Program-made: the position numbers and the translations under genes
Notes under the pieces: model-generated
Databases searched by the model: none
The model's input: only the letters and a program-made list of their open reading frames with translations
Told to the model about the DNA's origin: nothing
Part shown: one piece after another, positions 12,623 through 26,700 of the stretch
Numbering within the stretch: the first letter of the stretch is position 1
Layout: every line of letters starts with the position of its first letter
DNA from: Saccostrea echinata
Lineage: Eukaryota
Length of the DNA: 64,000 bases
Assembly (NCBI RefSeq): GCF_033153115.1
Contig: NW_026889825.1
Location: 1,984,001 to 2,048,000 of the forward strand
Direction: 5' to 3'

Positions 12623-13745
12623 TAACTCTGGCCATGCTGTTCTTTACCAGATTTCCCCCCCCTTGTAATACCTATTGTGGCCCCGCCCTACCCCGGGGGG
12701 TTCTGTTTGAAAAATTTAGAATCTACACTACCCAAGGATGCTTCCACATAAGTTCCAGTTTTTCTGGCCCAGTGGTTCTTGAGAAGAAGATTTTTAAAAA
12801 TTTTTCCTATATATTTCAATGTAAAACTTGGATTCCCTATTGTGGCCCCGCCCTACCCCCGGGGGTCATGATTTTAACAATTTAGAATCTACACTACCCA
12901 AGGATGCTTTTACATAAGTTTCAGCTTTTCTGGCCAGTGGTTCTTGAGAAAAAGATTTTAAAAGATTTTTTCCTATATTTTTCAATGTAAAACTTGGATT
13001 CCCTATTGTAGCCCCGCCCTACCCCTGGGGGTCATGATTTTAACAATTTAGAATCTACACTACCAAAGGATGCTTCCACGTAAGTTTCAGCTTTTCTGGC
13101 CAAGTGGTTCTTGAGAAGAAGATTTTTAAAGATTTTTCCTATATATTTCAATGAAAAACTTGGATTCCCTATTGTGGCCCTCCCTACCCCCTGGGGTCAT
13201 GATTTTAACAATTTAGAATCTACACTACCAAAGGATGCTTTCACGTAAGTTTCAGCTTTTCTGGCCAAGTGGTTCTTGAGAAGAAGATTTTTAAAGATTT
13301 TTCCTATATATTTCAATGTAAAACTTGGATTCCTTATTGTGGCCCCTCCCTACCCCCGGGGGTCATGATTTTAACAATTTAGAATCTACACTACCCAAGG
13401 ATGCTTCCACGTAAGTTTCAGCTTTTCTGGCCAAGTGATTCTTGAGAAGAAGATTTTTAAAGATTTTTCCTATATATTTCAATGTAAAACTTGGATTCCC
13501 TATTGTGGCCCCGCCCTACCCCCGGGGGTCATGATTTTAACAATTGAGAATCTACACTACCCCAGGATGCTTCCACATAAGTTTCAGCTTTTCTGGCCCG
13601 GTGGTTCTTGAGAAGAAGATTTTTTAATGACCCCACCCTATTTTTGTCTTTTCTTGATTATCTCCCCTTGTAAGGGGACTTGGCCCTTTATTTTAATAAT
13701 TTAAACTCCCATTCATCCAGGGATACTTTGTACCAAGTTTGGTTA

Positions 13746-13782
<37 letters not shown>

Positions 13783-13834
13783 GTGAAAAGTTTACAGACG
13801 GATGGACGGACAGACGGACGGACGACGGACAACG

Positions 13835-13883
<49 letters not shown>

Positions 13884-14057
13884 GGAGTGGCTCTTCATCT
13901 GAGCAAACTTGAATCCCTTTTATCAAAAAATATTCTGGACCAAGTTTGATTAAAATTGACCTAGTAATTCTGAAGAAGAAAATCTGAAAAGTTTAAAACA
14001 ATGACAATGCAAACAAATGAATTCTGATCAGAAAAGCCTTTGGCTCAGGTGAGCTGA
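12046..14057 (+). mobile_element. Older, decayed HINE copy interrupted by a younger copy of the same family
   Basis: 5' end CCCATGGGCCACAATGCTCACCAGAG near 12052, decayed monomers, and 3' end GATCAGAAAAGCCTTTGGCTCAGGTGAGCT at about 14026-14055. Confidence 0.7.
12588..13882 (+). mobile_element. Young Helentron-associated (HINE) element carrying six ~166-bp satellite monomers (oyster Cg170/HindIII-satellite type)
   Basis: 5' AACTAGAGGCCCATGGGCCACATCGCTCACCTGAG; monomer marker GAATCTACACTAC at 12719, 12885, 13051, 13216, 13382, 13548 (165-166 bp period); GACG microsatellite near 13795-13830; 3' hairpin AGCTCACTTGAGCTTTCAGCTCAGGTGAGCT. Confidence 0.88.
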
Positions 14058-14756
14058 TAATGAAGGCACCATAAAATGGGAGTACATGCTGTCACAATTT
14101 ACAGTTGTACACATGGGGCATCAAAGGAACAGTTCACATAATGAAAGTTGTAAAGGAAATTGATTTAAAATTTAATGCTGGTCTTTAGCATAAAATAGTA
14201 TATATATACTGGTATGACTATATATTCAAGTGTCATGGTAATATAACTCTGACCTTTCAACTGTATCTATGAATATATGGATATCATAGACTTAATTTGT
14301 TCTTTCAATAACCTCAGAAATCTTATATGGCACATGCTAGTCAACAGTAAACACTTTAAAACACAATAAGGTTGTTAAGCTCTTAAAAAGGTTGTTGATA
14401 AAATATTTTTTTTTAAATAAATGACACTTTGGGTTGTAGTAATTAAATATTTTAACATAAGGTTGCTATCAACTTCATTGATGTCGGGGGGGGGGGGGGG
14501 GGGGGGGGGGAGGGGGGATAGGTAAATAAACTATACCAGCAAACAAGTAGTTATCATATAGCAAAATAAATATATCTTTTAAAATATAAGTAAAAAATAT
14601 CACTTTTCTTGAGAATTTTTAAAATACACCTATCATAAAATTATTGTTTTTTTTACTATCATTAATATAATATTCCCATTTATAGTCAAGAACTGCATAG
14701 ATTTTCAATATATTTGTAAGGGATTTACAATGTGTTCAGCAGTAGGTCTTCTTTTG

Positions 14757-17700
14757 TTAACTGTACCACTCCCGTGAACGATGGACTGCCTTCTCCCACT
14801 GTACAAATCTGTCCTTGTATGCTGGCCAGGCATCTTTTTCTGCTGTAAACACAGTCTCTGATTCACGGATTTCTCTCAATTCCGACTTATTCTTCCATAT
14901 CCCTAAATCACGCAGAGGGGAAAAATTTTCAAAATATATGATGATGTACACTGAAAGGCATTTAAGGATCAATGTGCGTGTTTCTAGTATTTTTTACTAA
15001 TATCAGCATCCAGACAAAAAAAAATTATTTATAAAACTTTCTGTGTCATAAATAAAGATTTTCAATACTGTGAACTTCAACAAGTTTTTTTGCAGTTACA
15101 GGATAAATGTTCAAGAAATCTGCAAGGAGAGGGAAAATTTTGCTGTAAACTACTACATGTATTCATTTCTGTACATTGACAGCAAAGCCATCTTAAGTCC
15201 AAACAAAAAAAATGGAAAAGAAAATTGGTATATTCTTTAATGGAAAAAAAAAGCAAAAAGCAGCTGCAAAGAAAAAAATCATTGACTTTTAATTTTTTTT
15301 TACCAAATGACAAGGTATTCCAAGAGATGAAATATTACATTGGTTTAATTTCACATTGGTAATTTTTTATCCAAAGTAACATTATTATATATATGACTGC
15401 ATAGTAAAACTTGGTTATAAAAACGTCACTGGAACCTTGAATTTTAATTCCTCATTAGTGAATTTCTTTTTATCCATATAAAGAACATAGTGAATGTAAA
15501 ATGTTTCCTTTAACTGAAATTTCCTTATAAGCAAGTTCTTCATAACCAAATTTCACTGTACATGTAAGCATGAGCTTTTTATTCTTCCTGTTAGTCAAAT
15601 AAAACTTAACACCATGAGAAGTGAAATTTTCAAATATGAAAAATAAAAGTGGAACAAAATTATTCCAGTTAATAAATATACAGATAAATACCTTTCGCTA
15701 GCCCAGCTAGGAATGCTGCCCCTAGACTTGTCATGTTGGCCCTCTGTTTGGCTCTATCTATTGTCTGATTGGTGAAGTCTGCAATCATCTGCATTAGGAA
15801 ATCATTATTGCACACACCCCCATCTGCCCTGAAAGAAACATCTCAGATGTATTTTTCATTAAAAAGCATGTTTTTGAGCAATATATCCTTGATGTAATTA
15901 CACAGTAGTCTTTTAAAGCCATAATTGAAGATATCCTCAGACGGTGTGTAGTACTCGTAGAGTAGTTTTTGTTTGACATGCAATGTAGTTGTACAGTAGT
16001 AAATATATTGTTATAAATAGGTTTTTTTTATATAAATATGTAATATCTTAATGTTTTTCATAAATATCTATAGAATGGTAATCATTAGTGTAGTTATTAC
16101 AAATAAAATATAAACAGCTTAAATTGATTCTAGTTTTACACTCTGTGTAATTCAATTTGTTAAATATGTATATTTCTGCATGCAACTTTTTCAGAATGAT
16201 GCAATTAAATAGAAACCCCATCAAAACTATTTTAAAACTAGTGGGTATTGTTTTTTTTTTTACAAAAAAACACATGTCTCCCCTTCTTTACCAACATTAA
16301 CGAGTGCAAATATATGATCAGGGTCAAAAATAATAATGCAGTGCATCTCAACTCAAATTCTGTGTACAAAATTTCAAGTCTTCATGTCAAACGGATCTCA
16401 AGTAATGGTCTGGTCGTGTTTTTCTTAATTTGACCTTGAAGAAAGTGGTCAAGGTCAAATATTTTGATGCAGTGCATTTAGTCTTAATGTTGTCTTTCCT
16501 TGTCCCAAGTTTGAAATCCTAATGTCAAAAAGTTCTCAAGTTATGACCTAGACTATATTTTCATGTAAACGACTGACCTTGACTTTATTAATAGGTTAAG
16601 GTGAAAAAATGTTGCCATTCACCCTTCCTCTATACCACCTCTCCATGTTCCAAGTTTGAAGTCTTAATGTCAGGGTTCTCTAGTTATGGTCTAGTCATGT
16701 TTTCTCTATTTGACCTTGAAGAAAGGGGTCAAGGTCAAAATTTTGAAACGTTGCATCTTGTAACAATGTCTTCTTTCTATGTTACAAGTTTGAAGTCCTA
16801 ATATCAAAGGGTACTCAAGCTAAGGCCTGGACTCTATTTTGATGTAAAAGATTGACCTTGACATTATAATAATTGGATCAAGGTCAAAAATTTTGGTGGC
16901 ATGCATCCCTCCTTCATACCACTTCTGCATGTTCCATGTCTGAAGTCTTTATAACAAAGGATTCTTAAGTAATGGTCTAATCAAGTTTTTACCCTATTTG
17001 ACCTTGAAGAAGAAAAGAGGTCAAGGTAAAAAATTTTGGTGTGTTGCATCTTGTATCAATGTCTTCTTTCTCTGTTACAAGTTTGAAGTCCTAATATCAA
17101 AGGGTACTCAAGCTATGGTTTGGACTCTATTTTGATGTAAAAGATTGACCTTGACCTTATAATAATTGAATCAAGGTCAAAAATTTTGGTGGCATGCATT
17201 CCTCCTTTATACCACCTCTGCATGTTCCAAGTTTGAAGTCTTAATGTCAAAAGGTTCTCAAGTTATGGTCAAATCGTGTTTTTTCCCTATTTGACCTTGA
17301 AGGCAGAAATGGGTCAAGGTCAAAATTCTAATGCAGTGCATTTTGTCTCAAGGTCTTCTTCCTATGTTACAAGTTTGAAGTCCTAATATCAAAGGAATCT
17401 CAAGTTATGGGCTGAACTCTATTTTGAATTAAAAGATTGACCTTGACCTTATAAATAGGTCAAGGTCAAAATGTTGGTGGCGTGCACTCCTTCTCAATGT
17501 CATCTATCTATGTTCCAAGTTTGAAGTCTTAATGTCAAAGGGTATTAAAGTTACGGCCTGGACAAAATTTGGATGAAGAAGAAGAAGAAGAAAATCAATA
17601 AAAACAATATGTCTCCCCTGGAAGGGGAGACATAATACGAGACTGACAGACTCCTCTGAACAAGGAAAGTAACTTTAATAAATATAAAAACTGAAAAAAT

Positions 17701-20700
17701 ACCTGTACATGTACCATTTCTGGGCAAAAAAAAACAACATAGACTTAATTAAATCTATGATTTCCACATAATATACAAGAACATGTAATGTAACACACTT
17801 AAGGGGCTGAGTGGGGTTTTCATTGCACAATACTTCACACAGCATAGTAAAATAAAGCGTATTTACTCTTTTAAAGCAACTATTTTTACATAATTTATGA
17901 AATGTAACAATTTTAGGAAATCTCAGGTTAAAAAATCTAATTACATTTTTAAATAACTGATTTTTTAAATGATTTTTCAAAGGATGGGTAGATAGACGTC
18001 GTACATGTAATAGTTGTGTTTTTGACGTTACGAATAACCGAAGTTCTTTAAGCGGGGTCAATAATTATGTCATAAAATTAAAAGTATGAAATAGATGTTC
18101 TTGAAATTTCAAGCATAGGAAATTGAGAATCTCACAATCATTTTCATTATTTTTTATTTAAATCTGTATACAAAGTATCTGTCAAGTTTTGTTGTACTCC
18201 ATAAAAACAGGAAAATATCATGAATTTCGACATTTTGAGATGCCTCCTCTGGAAACCAGATGGTATAATTTTGTGTTTCTTACATAAAATGTACAATATA
18301 GTATTACCCTTCAAATAATATAATTTGAGCAAAATATCTATAGTAGCATTTGTATAATTTGCTCTGAAGTACAAAAAAATGGTAATTTCCTATGTAATTC
18401 TATTAGTAAATGAACCTGTATTTTGAGATGGTCCCCAAAAAATAAGCAGACGGTAGATTTTCACTAAATTTGGCATGTATTCTGAAGTCAATGTAAGGTA
18501 CATATGGTGTAAAATTAAAGAGTTTCTCTATAGTAGTTTTCACACAATAAAACCCCAGTCGGCTCCCTTGAATTTAAAATGTGGAGTTTCTACCTGATAT
18601 GGGACAGAGGAATTTTGGTCTCTGATAAGATGGTTTCATAGAGTAATTTAACCCTGAATGCCAAGTTTTCTAGGAGTGCTCGGACTATGTGAGCTTTGGT
18701 TGTGGTGGGTTTCAACCCAATCAGAGTAGTCACTGCTTTATCATCATTAATAGGGGCCTGAAAAAAAATTTACAGAAAATATCATAAACTTAAGTAATTA
18801 TATATGTACAGTGACATGGATTCAAATATAGAACATGTACAGTGTATATAATTTCTGCCAATGCATGAGCTCATATTACCGGTATTTATGTGTCGTGCTC
18901 CCAACAGTGTAAACTTCAAGCAAGATAAAGCAAATTTTTTTTTTACCCTCGACTTGTAGCAGTGCAGGCATGGTCATTCCTACCTGTAATCCACTGAAGG
19001 CTCCAACAAAATAGACCCCGTCACTATCTACAAACAGGGCATGAAAACAAAGTTACATCACAACAAAGTACTGGTACACCTTACAACAAACATACAGTAC
19101 TGACAATACAAGTTTTTGTTTCAATTCTTCTCTGCACTACAGCCTACATTAGGGACAACTTGGTCTTCACTAAATTCTACATCAGGGAGACAGGGACACA
19201 ACAATCAAAATATTGTTTCATCAAACTGTTAGTACAGATGCTTCCACAATCTAAGCCATTTCACTTTAATCAATTTCTTTGAAACTATAATGCTATAGGT
19301 ACTAATTCCTTTTGCTTTACACTGTTGATGTATACAAAACAAGTTAACAGGAATACAGAAATACAGTAAAACACGCTTATAATGAAGTGTCAGGGATGGA
19401 CAATTTTGCTTCGTTATAAGCCTAATTCATTAAAGCTGTTCATGTTAAAATATAATTTAAAGTTGCACAAAATGAAAATTACTTCACTGTAAGCATCAAT
19501 TCATTATAAGCGTGTTCATTCTATAAGCGTGTTTTAGCTGTAACATGTTCTGAACTTACCTGGGACACTTTCCGCTATTTTAGCTGTGTCTCCTACATCA
19601 TCCACAAAACCTATGAAATTGTAAATACAAATAAAGTGAGTTTTACTCTTAAAGTACTGTATAAAACAAAAGTTTCACTTCAAGTCTGGGTAGATACTCA
19701 TCATAAGTAAGCATTAAATTTTATTTTCCTAACTTATTTCACTTTACCTAATGATTTTGCCCATTCTATGATGGAGCCAGTGTCTGTTATGCTCCCCTCT
19801 GCTACAAATGTTGTCTCATTTCCTATTTTCCAACCCACTATAGGATAAAGCCCTAAAAGATAAATAAAGTCCATCTAAAATTTATATAGAATAAAGTCCT
19901 AAAAAAGTAAATAAAGTCCATCTAAAGTTTATATAGAATAAAGTCCTAAAAAAGTAAATAAAGTCCATCTAAAGTTTATATAGAATAAAGTCCTAAAAAA
20001 GTAAATAAAGTCCATCTAAAGTTTATATAGGATAAAGTCCTAAGAAAGTAAATAAAGTACATCTTAAGTTTATATAGGATAAAGTCCTAAAAAAGTAAAT
20101 AAAGTCCATCTAAAGTTTATATAGGATAAAGTCCTAAGAAAGTAAATAAAGTACATCTAAAGTTTATATAGGATAAAGTCCTAAAAAAGTAAATAAAGTC
20201 CATCTAAAGTTTATATAGGATAAAGTCCTAAAAAAGTAAATAAAGTCCATCTAAAGTTTACATCAGACTTCTCTGTATTTCTAAAACAATTTCAAGAAAT
20301 GTTCCACAGAATGCCAGTTCAGGACTTTGATCTTCTAGAAAGAACATTGTTTAGATTCTTCTTTTACCTCCAATAGAGGCATGAGGTGTGTCTCCACAAT
20401 TCAAATCAAGAAAAGTCCCTGTTCCCATGGTGCATTTGATGTCTCCAACTTCAAAACAGCACTCCCCAAACAATGCCCCAGTTTGATCAGAAACCTACAT
20501 GATAAGAAGGATCACTGTTAACCCCTATGCATACATGAAGTAATGTAGATTCCTTATTTTTCGCGAGTACTTATTTTCGCGAAATGGCTCTTTGACGTCA
20601 AATCGTGAGAACAATAATTCGCAAGTGGACGGTTGATCAAGAGATTTTACACTGATTTCAGCACCATAAAAATAAAAGCAAGGAATTTTATTTCGTGAGG

Positions 20701-23700
20701 CGTGCTTTACGTGATAATTAATTTCTCGCGTACATTTAGGAATGTACAGTATTGTTCCTCTCAGAAATTAGAATGTGTTTCTGAATTTGAAAACACTATT
20801 GACCACTAGCTGACAAAGTCAAAAAGGGCCTGCAGTTTGTTTTTTTTATCAATAATTTTGACCTTGCAGAGCAAGTGGCTTCAAAATTTATAGGGATCCT
20901 TTTCAATTGTGAAATGAATATTAATTAAGCTAGGCTTCATATGTATTTAAAATTTTGTATCAAGCATTTTAAAATGGGCTTTTTTGAAAATATTCCATTT
21001 AGAATTGATCTTGACCTTTGAAATCAAAAGATTCTCCTCCATTCTTGATTATATATAAAGTAACCTGAGGCACATGGGCCACAATGCTCACCAGAGTTAC
21101 TTTAGCCCCGCTGTTCAGAAGATTGTTAAAAGATTTTTTATATTCTTTTGAAAAATAAATACTTACTACTGCAGTAATGGGAATGGCTGCCCCAAATATT
21201 GCTGGATCTGTGGTTCCAAAATCTCCACTACAGCAATAAAAAAAATGAGCAACAGTTCATACCATGATAAACTAACCTATTATGCAAGTAATTACATAAG
21301 CAGCCCACACATACAAAGTACCATGTATTTACTATTTAAAAACTATTATATAATCAACCTGCACATAAAAAGTACAATGTATTTACTATTTAAAAACTAT
21401 TATATAATCAACCTGCACATAAAAAGTACAATGTATTTACTATTTAAAACTGTGAGTGGGTTAAACCAGAAGTATCTGAGGAGACTCTAACTCTACTGGC
21501 GTGTACTTATAATAAAGATTTCAAAGATATATCTTAGTATAGGCTTCTTGAATGTGTACCATGTCTAATTGAAATCCGACCAAAACTGTAGGGGGAGTAA
21601 TGTTTTGTAAGAACTTCACACTCAGGAATTTCTTTTTGTAGTATAACATGGCAACATGAATTGCCAAAATCAAAATATCTAAATATAGAATTATTTATTT
21701 AGTCTACATGTGTACCAAGTCTTATTCAAATCAAATTTAACTGTAGGAGGAATAACATTTTGAAAGAATTACATACTAGATATTTCTGTTTTTAATAACC
21801 AGGGCAACACCATTTGTCATAATCAAGCCAGAACTGTTGGAGGAGTAGCATTTTAAAAAGAATTTCCAAGAATTTTCTATTTTCAGTATTATGGCAACAT
21901 AATTTGCCAAAATCAAAAACTGATGTATAGAATGTATATGCATCTTAGTATAATCTACTTATATTATGCACCAAGTCTTACTGAAGTCAGACTAAAACTG
22001 TGGAAGGAATAGCATTTTGAAAGAATTTCCTTTTTAGTAACCATGGTGACATCATTTATCAAAATCAAAACCCATAAATAGAATGATGTATCTTAGTGTA
22101 GTCTACTTGTGTACCAAGTTTTAATGAAATTGGACCAAAACTGTATGGGGAGTAGTGTTTTGAGAAAAAAAACTGCTTACAGACAGACGGACAGACAGAC
22201 ACCTACGGTTGTCCCTAAGACCCAGGGGCCAGGGAAATTCCCCGCCTATAATGATGTAATCCCCCAGTTATTCTGGTATTCCCCCTCAACTCCCTGTTGG
22301 GGGAGGAACCCCAAACCCCTTTCTACCTCTTTAATGTTTCTTGCTATTTCAATTCTTAGGGAAAACCCTGGACACCTTACAATTGCATAAGCTCCAGTAG
22401 AGCTAACAAAAAAATCATTAGTCCTGCAAAAATTACAATAAATTTAATTTTGAAATATTTCAAAACTGGATTTTTTACAGGACATATACACAGACTTCTC
22501 TTCTTACAATGTAAACACTGAGCCCCTTTCTTACTGTTAATACCTGGTGTCTCGGATCTCAGGTAAAATTTCCATAGGAATGTTCAACAAGTTACATACA
22601 ATGGTGCTCCATTCAAACTGAAAACAAAACATATGCATACATATTATGAACACTGTCAGATGTATGTACAAATCAGTGCAGCTATAGTTAGATAACATGG
22701 TTATATTGAAAGGATGAAAGTTTGACAATTTCAATATTTTAGAAACATGACGAGTGAAAACTTTAACAGTGCTCTTTAACAAGAATGTCAAGGTTGATGA
22801 ATGGAAACTTTGACGTTTTTTCACTCATTCTGCAATTTCGTCAACATTTCCATGTCATCAAAGTTTCCGCTTTTCCAGTAGCATAAAAGGCTTTCAAGAA
22901 CAAACTACGTGCAAGTCTTTTTTACAGTGCATTATTGTTAACACTGAAAATAATTTCAGAACATTATATAGTTTTAGTCAGGTATATCTAACTGTCAATC
23001 TTGAATACAACAGTTTTATCAAATTATTAACAAGGCTGCAAATATTAAATCTAATTTGCTGACATTGTGTGACAATACAAAGAGTAGGTTTTTTATTATA
23101 GAATTTAACGTCTCTCTTTTTGACATAATATACAGATTGAACTTTGGTATCTCAAACACTGATATCTCAAATACTATGGATATGTAGAAGTGATCTGGGA
23201 GTACAACCCCTTATTCTTTAAGTATTTTACCCTGGTTATCTTGAATCCTTGGATATCTCGAAGTTTTTCTTAGTCCCATTGAGTTTGAGATAACGAGGTT
23301 TGACTGTACTTAAGGTAAAAGAACAAATGACATACCTGGTAGGGATCAAACAGCCCTGTTCCACTTGCACAGGAGTAGTCAGTCACTATAAGCTTTTCTT
23401 TTGTCAATTTATATAACAACCATGTTTCTATACAACCTAGGCACACCTCATTTACAGCTAACTTGGCTCTCAGCTACATGGAAAATAGAATTTTTCAAAT
23501 ACATGTGTATTCATTTTTGTATGAGTGAAAAAAAGCATTAACTGTTACCTACAAATTGTTTCTTAATCAGTTCAGTGTACTAAAGATACATGTATTTTGC
23601 TAACAATCCAATAAAATTCAATATGCACGTACATGTGTATATTAAATATGCATGTATATGTATATTAAATTTCAGAACATGTAAAACTACTAGTACCTGA

Positions 23701-26700
23701 AAAATTATGAATCAGCATGATCAGGTATCAATTTTTATTTCTTCATATTTTAGTACAGTAAATTCAGTTTACACAGAGATAAAAAACTATGAGATATCAT
23801 TGACAAATTTCACAAACATACCTTGTTTGAAATTACAATTTTTAAAGTAAAAACACAGATAAGACTATATATTTTTTCCTGATTCCTTGATTCTCTTTTT
23901 TTGTGACCTAAGTTTATTTGCTTAAGCTTAGACACAAAATTTTGATTTTGCATCCCAACATAAGTGTAAAACTCTGGAAGGGATATAAAACAAATAAACA
24001 AACAATTTTAGCATCTGGTATTACACTATTACAAGTACATGTACAGTTAACTTCATTATCTCGAACACCAGGACATTGGCAGTCCCAACAACTTTTTTTG
24101 TCTGTATTTCACCCTCATTATCTCAATTCCTTGGATATCTCGAAGTTTAATCTTGGTCCCATCAAGTTCGAGATAACAAGGTTCCACTGTACTTCACAGA
24201 TTAGGGAATTATATTTTTTTTATGCAGTTTATGACCTTACCTCTTCCACATTTTCTAAAACCCAGATCAACCTCATTGTAACCTAAAAGAGAGAGAAATG
24301 ACAGAATCATTTTTTACTGTCCATTCAATGCATCACGTACCTTTCAACTTTCTGTTTAATTCAAACTTACAGTATGTAAATCTAAAATACATGTATATTA
24401 AAAATTCTTTCTACATTATAAAATTCTGAGAGGATTGTAAACTAATGCACAATCATAAAAACATGTACAAAAGTTGATCAGTAAATTCAATTTTTTTCTT
24501 CTACAAGTAAAAAGAAAGCCACAAATTATGAGGGATTTAGGTATGCTAAGAATGGCCAATGGAAATCACTACAAACTACTGTACAAAGTACTGGACTTCA
24601 ATGAAACACTTTTAAACTGAAAATGACAGAGTTTAAATTGAATATATGCATACAGATTTCCTTCAGATGTTTATCAAAAAGGGGAAAAAATGATTAAATG
24701 GCAGCGTCTCACCTGCTGTGACATGAATTTCAGTACACTTGCTGACAAGAACCTTTTCTGTCTGGTGAACATGTGTAGAATTGAGGAACCATTATTTAAA
24801 GCCTGAAAATTTAAAAATTCACATGTAGTACAGTAAAACATAGTTATAGCAAAAATTCAAAATACTTATAATTCATTATAATATTCAAGGCTAATTCATA
24901 ATTAACACTTAAGAAACTGAATTGTACACTTAATGGATATAGTGAGTTAAGTTTATAACGATTAACAAAATTTTTCATCACTGGCCCTTTACTATAAGCA
25001 TATTTTACTGTAGACGGTCGACAGTAACATAAATCTAAAAATAAACAGCAAATTATTAACTCCAGAAAAAGGAATTTCCAAGGAAATATGCATATTAAAT
25101 ACATAGAAAGTTCATGAACTTGCCTTCATTCTTAATGAATTATTCCAGCTTTTGACAATGTTCCTAGATCTCAAGTCTTGCCAAGTTATGAAGTTGTGAA
25201 ATGGTTTTCCAGTTGTTCTACGAAAAATTGTCAAGGAATTAATTATTAATTAACCTTTCTATGAGATAGAAATAATTTTCCCCAAAAAATGGATTCATAG
25301 AATATCAAACAAAATCTGTTGTAAAAAGTGTGTTAGCATAATTTTAAATGCAATAAAAAAAAAACTGCAGGAAAAGAATGAAACTTTCACACATTAAAAA
25401 TAATTTATGATATGCTTATAACATAATTCATCATTGTACATGTATCAATTTTGAAAATGTACAATAATCTTTTTTTAAAGCAAAGTTTGAGTCAAAACTC
25501 TTATATTTTCTTATTTCTATCAAATAGGAAATTATTCTGATTTATGACATTTAATGTAACTTTGTCAAAATCAAAATACATACCTCATCTTATCATAAAT
25601 TTTTATCTGCATTACATTATCAGAAAATTTAACGTAAATCAAGCAATATGCCACTTCTCTTGTCCTGGACACGTATATATGATCAAAAAAAAAATTTTTA
25701 ACCTAAAAACGATCAGCTTTTATTAAAGGGGCCTAGACACAGATTTGAAGTTAATATTTTCTCAAATGCTCTGTACAATATCATGACTTATAGCATTTCA
25801 CACAGAAATATAATAAAAGCATGTTCAGAAACTTATTTTATCTGGAAATTATTGAAACTACAAATTCTGGTACGCATTTGATTGACACATATCCTTGCAC
25901 TTTCACAAAGTGAACTTTATCCTTAATACTGAAGAAAAGTAGAAATCTTGTTGTGTATGAATGAAAAATATTAAAACTATAATCCTTAAAATTCAGAGTA
26001 TAGAAATGTGAGAAAGCAAAACCAACTCACCAGTATTGTCAGTCCGTACTCAGTGATGTGTGCAGAGTTTAACAAGTTGAACACACCCAGTGAAACCTAA
26101 ACATTAACAATAACAGAGTTTGTGCCCTATTTACAAAAACATTTATGTTTCACCGGGTTATAAAGGACAAAGTTTACGTTGTGAAAGTATTTCCGTGTGA
26201 AATGCTATAAAACATTATATTATACAGAAAATTTGAGAAAATATTAACTTCCTTAACTCCTTTAAGGAGCATACATGTAAATGGGCCTTACTTCCTCTTT
26301 CTTATTTCAAGCTCTGACACCAGTGTATACCTTCAGTTTTATAGAAACCAAATTGTACTAAACTTGAATTAAAACCAACCTGTCCCAGGTTAGGAATGTG
26401 TTTCTCTGTGTTGTTATACCCATACAAGCCACATCATGGACAGATATTCCTGCGGCTAGAGGAAGAGAAGACATAACGCATGTAATATATTGATAACATT
26501 AAAACTGTACAATATGTACATTTCATAATACAGTTGAATTTCATTATCTAGATTACTGATATCTTGAATACCATGGATATGCGATTTGGAAGTCCTAACT
26601 ACTTTATCTATATTGTATTTCAAACTTGATATCTTGAATCATTCGATTATCTAAATTTTTTTTTGGGGGGGGGGGGGGGGAGGGGAGGAGGGGGGTTACT

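Noticed and set aside
17675-18061. 128-aa ORF as a transposase fragment
   Set aside because: No recognisable DDE/HTH motifs; low-complexity AT-rich translation crossing a MITE boundary.
21305-21449. 54-bp repeat as another junction-anchored array
   Set aside because: Lies about 80 bp from the acceptor and includes neither the splice site nor exon sequence; together with the 53-bp duplication at 6441 it is a low-copy counter-example.
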